Positions 18,849 through 28,400 of a stretch of DNA of 64,000 nucleotides are shown piece after piece. The stretch's first letter is position 1, and every line of letters begins with the position of its first letter. A model generated the notes under the pieces. That model saw only the letters and a list, made by a program, of their open reading frames with translations. It did no database searches and was not told the DNA's origin. The translations under genes and the position numbers were made by a program. Where the stretch lies: positions 1,728,001-1,792,000 of the forward strand of contig CBDDIJ010000002.1 of assembly GCA_965228855.1 (NCBI GenBank), read 5' to 3'. Source of the DNA: Candidatus Obscuribacterales bacterium. GTDB lineage: Bacteria; Cyanobacteriota; Vampirovibrionia; Obscuribacterales; Obscuribacteraceae.

Positions 18849-19147
18849 TAGCACTTGCCTCCGTTATCAGCGCAACAGTTTTCCATCAAGAAGCTGAGCA
18901 ATTCTTGCATCCGGTCGTAGTTTGCTGAATAGATGATTGATCTACTCTCGCGTCGCGATACTATCAACTCAGCGTTTGATAGTTCCTTTAAATGGAATGA
19001 CATCGTTGCTGGTGGCATTCCGAAATGCGAACTGAGATCGCCGGCTGCCATTCCGGCGGCCCCTTTCCTTACGAGGAGTCGGAAGATTTCCAGACGTGTT
19101 TCTTGTGCCAATGCCGACAGGGCGTTGGCGGCGCGTTTTGTTTTCAT
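18848..19147 (-). CDS. arsR: ArsR/SmtB-family regulator
   Basis: ALAQETRLEIFRLL, TMSFHLKEL, C-terminal ENCC. Confidence 0.88.
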   Translation of the reverse strand: MKTKRAANALSALAQETRLEIFRLLVRKGAAGMAAGDLSSHFGMPPATMSFHLKELSNAELIVSRRESRSIIYSANYDRMQELLSFLMENCCADNGGKC

Positions 19148-19610
19148 ATTTCCAATATTATCGAAAGAATCGCTGCACGTCAACCTTGTTTGCCATGGAG
19201 GCTTAACACTGGTCGCAAATGCAACAAGCGCACGTAAAATAAATTCATTCAGACGGCATCAATCGTCAGTGCAAATGACTTTGGTTTTCATTCTGGATTT
19301 GAGTCGCTGTGTCGTGGTCTTTTGTTGTAAGAACCAAAAGTGTGGAAACGACTCTCATTCCAAAAAATGCCTGTAATCGCGTAAGAGCTGGAAGGTGCCT
19401 GTCGGAAAACAATTATAGGCACCGCTTACGGTATTAGTTTCTTGCTAAGTAGCAGTCTCGAACTTTGCTTCCATAGTGTCTCGGAAATCGGCATTGCGAC
19501 GCGGTCTTACTTGGAATGGTTTTCATTCCTTTGAAAATTTTATTCATGTCGCGCGTGGTATAACGGAAAAGGACTACAATTTTGCGGCTTGCTCCACGAA
19601 GATCTCTCGC

Positions 19611-19991
19611 ATGCAAAAACTTTTGAGAATCCTACTGCTATGTATCGTCGCCATGAGTGCGCTTCTTCCGCGCCTCTGTGAATGTGCGTCTGCGGAAGTA
19701 GCTATTAAGCAGCAAGATTCATTTCGATCCAGTTTGGAGTTGAAAGAGCTGTGTGATGATTGTGGACATACGAAGAATTGTTGTTTCTCTAAACCTGAGA
19801 TTCCAGGCGGTCTAGTAAGTAACGCGGAAAACGCTCTGTCGGTCTTTACTCTCGGTCTGTTTTCTGTGTGGGTTTCGACAGTCGACTTTTCTCGTTCTTT
19901 ACAGCCAGCGTTGCGTCGAAATATGCTTTCCGCAATAGCGAAGTGGCCTTGCTCCAAGACTTATCTCGCCAAACAATCCCTTTTAATTTAA
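19611..19991 (+). CDS. Small Cys-rich putative membrane/metal-binding protein
   Basis: ATG at 19611; hydrophobic N-terminus, LCEC and CDDCGHTKNCC. Confidence 0.35.
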   Translation: MQKLLRILLLCIVAMSALLPRLCECASAEVAIKQQDSFRSSLELKELCDDCGHTKNCCFSKPEIPGGLVSNAENALSVFTLGLFSVWVSTVDFSRSLQPALRRNMLSAIAKWPCSKTYLAKQSLLI

Positions 19992-20128
19992 ATCGCTGTT
20001 TCTAAAAGCAGAATTGTCATTAATCGGTGTTGATGACAAAGCTGTTCGGTCGCTTCTACTAGGTACCTTCGACTTGTTAGCGCTTAAGCGGTGACGGTTA
20101 GCGGTTGCACAAGTTTGCTCGGATTGAA

Positions 20129-20839
20129 ATGGTAAACCAGATATATCATCCTTATTGGGAAGTATATTCACGCCTTGTCGCGCTTGAAAGAGAATATTCA
20201 AGTCTTGCGGGAAGGGTTGAAGTTCTTAAGCTTGCCCTGGAAACCAAATTTCCCATAGCGTGCCTTTTGAAGGTAGCCGCTTTGCTTGCATGTCCGTTCC
20301 CGAATTTTACGTTCGTCTGTGGTCTTTTCTTCTGTGTTTTGAGACAGAGATATGCATACTCGGCACTATCGCCGGTGGCACTCAATATGCTTGTAGCGCT
20401 TTCTCCTCTCGTTGAATTAGGCGCCGGTAATGGCTATGTTGCCTGGCTCTTACGGCAGCACGGAGCGGATGTAGTTGCCCTTGATGCGTTTCCAGTCGAA
20501 GAAGGAAGGAATTGGTTTTTTTACACTAAATTTGGATTGCCTACCAGAAGCGGTAAAAGTTGGACTACTGTTGATAAGGGTGATGCACGCACATTGGTGC
20601 GGTTCATCGGGAGAACTCTTCTGCTCTGTTGGCCACCAAAGAATTCGATGGCATTTGACTCTCTGCGCTACTTTGACGGACCTGATCTCGTATTGATTTT
20701 GGACCGGTCTTGTTGTGCGAGCAAGGCGTTTTTTCTTGAGCTTAAACGGAATTGGATTCTAGTGCGCTCTGTCGAAACAGGTAGCTGGTCTGAATGTCAT
20801 GTCGAGACGCTGGAAATTTATACGCGTAGAGAGAGATAA
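20129..20839 (+). CDS. Class I SAM-dependent methyltransferase-like protein
   Basis: LVELGAGNGY motif I, VVALD, LLLCWPP. Start uncertain. Confidence 0.65.
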   Translation: MVNQIYHPYWEVYSRLVALEREYSSLAGRVEVLKLALETKFPIACLLKVAALLACPFPNFTFVCGLFFCVLRQRYAYSALSPVALNMLVALSPLVELGAGNGYVAWLLRQHGADVVALDAFPVEEGRNWFFYTKFGLPTRSGKSWTTVDKGDARTLVRFIGRTLLLCWPPKNSMAFDSLRYFDGPDLVLILDRSCCASKAFFLELKRNWILVRSVETGSWSECHVETLEIYTRRER

Positions 20840-20865
20840 CACATGGGGTGTGCTTGAGGTTTGAA

Positions 20866-21291
20866 ATGGAAACTAGGTCGAAATTGCCGAGGAGCTGCAA
20901 AATAATTCTGAAGGTCATGAAATCTCAGGAGTTGTTGACCGCCCATGACATATTTTCAAGAATGCGTGCTGGCAGTCCTAAGTCTCCCGGACTGTCCACA
21001 ACCTACAGATCTATGGAGATTCTGTTGAAAGAGGGGTTTGTTCAGTCAGTCGATTTAGGGGATACCCAGAAACTTTATGAGTTGGTTTGTCAGGGCGAGC
21101 ATCACCACCACTTAGTTTGTGATGGCTGCGGATTACAAATTCACATGGAAGAATGTGCTCTCGACGATTTTCGTGAAACTTTAGTTGAGACTTACGGTTT
21201 CTGCGTCTCGCTCCACAGGCTAGAGATTTTCGGAACGTGTGAGAACTGTACCCGATTTACAGATTCAGACTTTCCCGATAGCGACGTCTGA
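20866..21291 (+). CDS. Fur-family transcriptional regulator (Zur/Fur-like)
   Basis: LSTTYRSMEIL, HHHHLVCDGCG, FGTCENC; ATG 20866 after GAGG. Confidence 0.88.
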   Translation: METRSKLPRSCKIILKVMKSQELLTAHDIFSRMRAGSPKSPGLSTTYRSMEILLKEGFVQSVDLGDTQKLYELVCQGEHHHHLVCDGCGLQIHMEECALDDFRETLVETYGFCVSLHRLEIFGTCENCTRFTDSDFPDSDV

Positions 21292-21307
21292 CGATGCCAA
21301 AAATAAG

Positions 21308-21772
21308 CTACCGAGCTAAAGATTTCGTTCCTTCAAGAGCAGCTTGTGATGCGACTGCATAATTTTTTGCCAGTTCCGTACCGGTCGAATTGAGAGCTCC
21401 CGTGATAAACGAACCTAATGCTTGAAAAAACGAAGTAAGAAGACCAAGACCTCCTGGCATGGCCGATACAGGTCCTGCCATTGCGCCCATATCTACTCCA
21501 GGCATAAGAGAACTCTCCACACCAGGTATGACGTTCATTCCGATGTCACCGCCAGCAGGAGGAGTGAAGTTTATTCCATCAGGCACAATGGAAGCCTGGT
21601 TGAATTGATTCATGGTAGAAGCTATGTCGGAAGCGTTGATCTGCCCGTTGAGACTGGACCAGTCTTCCAGTCCAATCGATTCGCTGAGACGAAGAGAGTT
21701 GTCTGTTACTTGAAAGGCACCCTCGGCACCGCCTTCGGAGCTACAAAATAGCATAGTGGTAATGGTTCTCAT
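21308..21772 (-). CDS. Hypothetical protein
   Basis: 154-aa Gly/Met-rich ORF; start uncertain because it overlaps a Fur-box-like site. Confidence 0.4.
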   Translation of the reverse strand: MRTITTMLFCSSEGGAEGAFQVTDNSLRLSESIGLEDWSSLNGQINASDIASTMNQFNQASIVPDGINFTPPAGGDIGMNVIPGVESSLMPGVDMGAMAGPVSAMPGGLGLLTSFFQALGSFITGALNSTGTELAKNYAVASQAALEGTKSLAR

Positions 21773-21773
21773 T
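21755..21773 (-). promoter_or_regulatory. Fur/Zur-box-like site
   Basis: Minus strand AATGAGAACCATTACCACT matches AATGATAATCATTATCATT at 15 of 19 positions. Confidence 0.45.
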
Positions 21774-22492
21774 CTGAAAGGAAACTTACGTATAGCCTCA
21801 TGCTAAGCGGGTTTACAGTGATTGTCAATGGGCGGATTTAGCAACAGGCTGACGTCGGACAGTCGTTCGTTCTCGGGTGAAATTTAGAATGATAACGAAA
21901 CCAATTCCAGGGTGAATCAGGGTATCGGTAGTGTTTTTGCGTTCAGTTTTAAGCTGCCTGTGAAAGCCTTGGCACCGGATATGGTATCTCACCGGATTTT
22001 ATGTGATCAATCATGGACTCGCTTCATTTCCGCAACAGACTTTTTCAAGACAGGGCAGGCGCAAAGATAAAGATGGTGGCAATAACCGCACAGCCAGACA
22101 TCGAATTTCATTTCGTGCTACGGTGTGCGGTTGGTTTGCGCAAGAGGAGCCCAATCGCGGTCATCTTGCAACATCTTCGCTTAAACTTGCCGGTCGCCTG
22201 GGCAGGTCGGACGGAAGTCTGTGGGCGCCTGTAAAACAATGAGCGATTTAATGCCGTATTTTGCCAATTTGTTGAAAGGAAGTAAGCGTTTCTGTTACTA
22301 TTTTCCGGTTGCTGGTACTTCCTGGCGTATCCATGCACAGCTGGTTTTTTTTGCGACTTTCGAGTCGACTTTAGGCGACAATACTACACCTTTCATTCGG
22401 CCTTGCGTCCGCATTGGTCGTGTTCGCTGGCGGCCAGTTTGTTTGTTTTGTGTTTAATTCAGTGCGGCTGCAGACCGCAAAAGGAGTCGTGT

Positions 22493-25400
22493 ATGAAATC
22501 TCCAGCCGCTGGTGTTCAAGGTCAAGCGACGCTCGGCGCCTCGCTTCTGGCTTTCACTTTGTCATTGACCGGCTCCGCACCAGCGCAAGCAAACCGGACG
22601 GATGACCATCTGAGCGCTTTGTTTGCAAGGGACGCGATGAGAGCCGATCGTCGCGAGGCTCGGCTGGAACGTCGCGAGTTACGAATTCAGCAAAGTGTTG
22701 TTTCGGCTCCGCACTCCGCCGAGCAGTTGCAATCATTTAATAGTGCGACTAATACACAATCGGCGAGACACAATAACGCGCGCCACATCAATCTGTTTAG
22801 TCAAATGGATGGCACAAAAGCCGGAAGTCGAGCGTCCGCGAGCACTGCGCAGTTGCCCGGGCAGGTTTCGACGTTCAGAACTTCAAGACCGAATCTGGGT
22901 AGAAGCACGTTCGAAACAGATCGCGGCAATTCAAAGCTCATCAACGCCGGGATCGCGCTCGATCTGTCATCTACTAAAGCGAACATTACTATAGGCGAGA
23001 ATGTTTTAGATAGAACAGTCACGCTAATTATCGGTGGCGAGGAGAAGCAGTATTCGGCCGGAAGTAAGGTGACTGCCGCTGAGTATGCGGCATTGACAGG
23101 GAAGCTCGCAACCGGCACTCAGACTTTGACGTTGAGCCATGGCGGTGCGGCAGAGGGCGGCAACCTCAATCTCAATTTAGTTAGCGATAACGGTTTAAAC
23201 ATCCGGGCTTCGGAGCTCGTGGTTCCGCAAAATGTAACCATCGAAGGCGATTTTGGCAAAACCGCTGACGGTGTGCGCGTCACGAAAGATCTTGTGAACT
23301 ATGGTTCGATTGTCGCGACGTCGGCCAATAGCACTAAGAACACAGCAGTGATTGGTGCCAGAGATATCGAAAACGCTGAAGGTGGATCGATAGTTTCGAT
23401 TTCATCCGCATCGAATCCGAATTTAAATCTCGCTCTTCGCGCTAATCGCGATTTGGACAATGCTGGTTCAATCCAAAGTGCAGGAGATCTTGAGTTAACG
23501 GCTGGGCGTTCGATCACAAACTCAAGCGGTGCCGTAGTTGGAGCCACCGGTAATGTTGTTCTCAATTCATCCGTTATTAACAACCAGGGAGCAGTTAACG
23601 CACAAGGCGATATCACTCTTATGGGCGCCGCGGACGCTACTCTTGGAGTAAACAATTTCGGCGGAACTTTAAGTGCTCTGAACGGCAGCATCAATCTTCG
23701 CGAGAATGGTTTTGAGGGAACCGGCAATAGCATCATATATGGTGGCGACTTGTTGTCAAAACAGCTGAACATCAATGCAGGTCAAGCGACTGGTGATGTT
23801 ATTGCGCGAAATGTGACCGGCGTGATCAACTCATCAGGTCTTGCAGCTCATGTTAGCGCGAACACCGACACGCTTGTTCTAGGTACGCAATGTTTGACTG
23901 GAGACCCAACCTACTTCAACACTGGCGACATAATCATTGGCGGTGACATAACAGTTGCCGAAGATCTCACGATCATTGCCGGCGGTAACATCAGTGATAT
24001 TAGTGGTACTCCGATCACACTCACCGCCCGCAGTGGCAGTATAGGGCAGGACATAACCATCATCGCCGGTGCCAATATAACAAGTGGAACAGGAGAGCTA
24101 ACTCCTCCGGGAGGACCGGCAACTCTGACGACAGGTGCACAACAAGCTCTATCGGCAGTGACTGTGTCCGGTCCTGCGACCTTCGGTGGCAGCATTACAT
24201 TTAGCAACGCAAATCAAATCGATGCGAGCAGCACAGGCGGCAATGCGTCCGGTGGCAATATAACATTGATTGCATACGCTAACGGGTATGCCGGGACACC
24301 AGGGAAAATCAACGCAGGTGCAACCACCCTTATTACAAGCGGCAACGGTTCCGGCAATAACGGAAACGTAACTGTAATTGGCGAGCAGACAATTTCTCTG
24401 GGTCAGATTACAGCCAATGGTGGCACCGGTACCGCGCCTGGTACCGGAGTCGTTGCAATCGCCAGCAAGCAGCCCACCACAAGCGATGGTTTACCAATCA
24501 CTTTTGGTACCAATGGTAGTATCACGAGTGGTAACACATTTGTCCCCGGTGGAGATTTCGAATATTTCAATCTTGACACTACAATTACGGTCAATAGTAT
24601 AAATGCCGCGACCAACGTTAATGTACTGGGAGCATTCGACGTCCATCTAGGCAACGTCGTTGTCTCGGCCGGTGACATTAATATCACCACCACCAGATAT
24701 GGAGGCGCGATTTTCAGCGACGGTGGAACTTACAGTGCTGACACTATCAATATCTTCTCCAGCGGTTATTCGGATATCAGGGGAAACGTTACCGCTGATT
24801 TCGTTCAGGTTAAAACCTCGAACAGCATGATATTGCAAAACCTGACACTCAATGCACCATCCGTAGTTCTGCTGTCCGAGCACGAAACCGCCTTCGTCAA
24901 CTCTACTGTCAACGTTACGCAAGGCTTTCTATCGGTTTCCGGGCAGCAGGTTAATGGAAATGCTACTCCCGGCACGATTAATGGAAGCACGTCGGGGGAC
25001 GGCGCAAATATTGTGGTGATAGCCGGTGCGAGCTGGACTGACAACGGAAACAACGTGACCATAAACGGACCTTCCGGGATGGCAGGCTCTATCTTCGAAA
25101 ACTCGATCGGGGCGTTGAGTACTAGCAGCACCGGCACTGGCAGTGCAGGTGACATCACACTAGCTGCCTACGGAAGTGGCACGTTGGGCATAGTTCGCCT
25201 CTATCTCGCGTCTGAAATCACTGCCAAAGGTGCAGGCGGGGCGAATGGGAACGTGACGATTGTAGCCGACGGTGCCTCACTCGGAAACGCGATTGAGATC
25301 AATGGTATCGACGCGACCGGTGGCACCTCCGGCGGTACCATTACGCTCTCCAGTACGACACCGAATGCAGCGGCGATTGGACCGATAAGCAAAGCTGATG

Positions 25401-28400
25401 CGAGTTACTCGGGTTCGCTGGTTGGAACGACGCAGGGCGCTGGTGGCATAAGAGTCTATGACCCGCTCAAGGCGGGGCAGTCTGTTACAGTCGATGCGGG
25501 AACGCAAGGTGTCAACCTCAACTCAATAAGCGTAAACGGCTTGTCCGGCAATCAGGCGGGTGGGAGTATCGCGATCACCGGAAGTGGTGTGACACTTGGA
25601 ACGGTTCAGGCAAACGGCATTGGTAGCGGGATTGGCGGGACTATAGAAATTCAGGCGAACAGTCTGAACGCTTCCGCAATTTCGGCTAATGGTGGTTCTG
25701 CTGGCGCCGGAGGAGCAGGCGGTAATGTGATGGTCGGCGTTAACACCGCGTCGTTGTATTCCGTAGGAACCATCTCAGCGAACGGTGGAGGCACCGCAGG
25801 TAGTGCTGGCTCAATCTCTGTGTTTAACAATGGCGCAGGCGGTATCAGTTTCAATCCCGCGAACATCTCTCTTGCCACAAATGGCGGGGGCGGTAATTTG
25901 ACGCTCGATGCAACAGCCGGAGCCATTGACGGACCAGTAGTTATAACGGGGAGCGTGGTAAGCGTCAACGGAAACGCTGGTTTCGATAATGGTCAGCTTC
26001 AAATTAGAGGATCGGCAATTACGAGAAACGGTGCGTTGTCGATAAGCTCAAGCAATGGTGTCGATCATTCCGGTTCGATTGAACTCAGCACGACATCCGG
26101 CGACATCTCTGTTTCCGGCAACTTTTCCGTGATGACAGGCGGGTCGCTCGACATTGACCTGAGCTCCTCGCGGGTTATCACAACCGCGAATACCGGAGGG
26201 ACTGTGTTGCTGCAAGCGGTCGATAATTTGATTGCTTCTGGCGTAAATATTGTCACGACTGGAGCAGCTGGCATCCCCGCAGGTAGTATCACTATAAATG
26301 GTGGCGGCGGTCTCGTCGTGCTTGGAAGCCTGACCAGCGTCGGCAGTGGGGCCCTGAGCGGGGGCACCGTCAATGTCACGAGTGTAGGCGGTCTTGTCTA
26401 CCTCGGCGACATAAATGTGAATGGTGGCATATCCGGTGCCGGGGGCACTGTAACATTGAATGTGAGCGGGGCGGGTGCGGGCGTCGCATCAATTTTGGCC
26501 GCTGGTTTTGGTGGCGCGGCTGGTGGCACTATAAGTCTATCGACAGCTGGACATGACATCAATGTTGCGCCCGATTCCAGCTTCATTGTGGATTCTGGCA
26601 CCGGTGCTGCTGGTAGCATTCAGATTTCAACCAACGGCGGAGATGTGATCCTTCAAGCTGGTTCAAATTTCTTCTCCGCTAGAGGCGAAACCTCCAATGG
26701 CACAATTTCATTAAACCAGTTGGGCAGTTTGTCTCTGGGACCCGCAAGTTTGACACTTGATACCAATGGAGCAGGGTCAGGCAGCAACATTTCTGTTTCG
26801 TTCAATACATCGGGACCAATAACAGCATCCAACGGCGATCTAAACATATCCGCGTCCGGTGACGTTTCCTTCACTGGCATTGTTGATATAAAGACAAATG
26901 GTGGCGACGTCTCGATCACGGCGAATTCTATTTCATCTAATGGAGCACCGCAAACTGTTCCCGATATTGATACAGATCGGTTAGCTGGTGCGGCGGGCGA
27001 TGTCTCGGTTTCAGTCAACACTAGCCTGACGCTCAATAGCATTCTCGCCAACAATATAACGATATCGACTCCGACGTTAACGCAGGTGACGATGAATTCA
27101 CCTATCACCGCGGACGGGACAACAATAATTTCAACGGGTCGGCTAGTGCAATCTGGTTCTGCGACGATCAATTCAGATGCCTTGGAGCTGAATTTCCGGA
27201 CAAGCGCAGTAATGAGTACAATCAGCACTAACGTGAATTCGCTGACCGTAACAGGCGTGAACAACAGCATCACGGTTAATGAAGCTAATGCCTTGAATCT
27301 GCTCGGCGTCAGCAACATCTTAAACGTAAATCTATCTGCTGGCGGCAACGTGTTTGTTAATGCGGCACAGAGCACGATAAATGACTACGCAATCACCGCG
27401 GTCGGCGCGATTGCAGTCAATGCACCAATAACCGCCGTCAATAGCCTGGCTCTCACTTCGAGTTCGGATAGTATCCAGATTAACAATGCGCTCACCATCA
27501 GTGGTGCATCGGGTTCCATTTTACTCGAAACTACTAATGGTGGTCTCATTAGTGAACTTGCAAACGGAGCGATTGATACCGGTGCTGGTGGCACGCTCAA
27601 TATCACGCTAGCTGCATCTCCGGCAGAAGCGAATCTTACTGCTGGAACCAATAACATTGCCATCTTAAATGGATCAGGTGGCGGCGCTATTAACGTAGAT
27701 AACGGAGCAAACGCTCTGAGCGTAATGAGTCTTGGTTCCACTCAGAGCTTGAACGCAACGACAACTAGTGCCACTGGCATAAGTCTCACTGGTTCAATCG
27801 CCACGAGCGGTGACGTTGCCCTTAATACGACGCGCTTTTCAGCAGGTGCGAATAGCCTGACAGCGGCGCGCATCACCGTCCAAAGTGCAACAGATCTTAC
27901 CCTTGATGCTAACGGTGCTGTTCTCACAGCTACAACTCCGGCTGCTGGAGCTCCCGGAAGCCCGAGCACTCCGACCGCGATTAACTTCATCACCGGCGCC
28001 GGCGAAGACTTGACGCTAAATGGAACCATGACGATGAACGGTGACGTCACGTTCAGCAACGTTGGTGGAACGACAACGTCTCAAAACAACTCTCTGTACG
28101 CTGGCAGCAACAACGTTGTTTTAAAAACAGCCGATTGGATTCAGCTAGGAAATGGCAACATCACCGGGAACCTCTTTTTTGCCGGTGGCGTTTCAATTGT
28201 CAATCCGGACGGAGATCTAGTGTTGTCCGGCAACATTACTTTTGTGGGTCAGGACTTGGTTCTGGCTGCTAGGAACAATGTGGTACTCGGAAACTCCAAT
28301 ATCGATCTGAGTAACACAACCGAAAGTGGCAACAATCTCACTATCGTTGCCGGCTACACTCTCACGCCCACGGGTGGCGGTCAACAGCAGAGTAGTCTTC

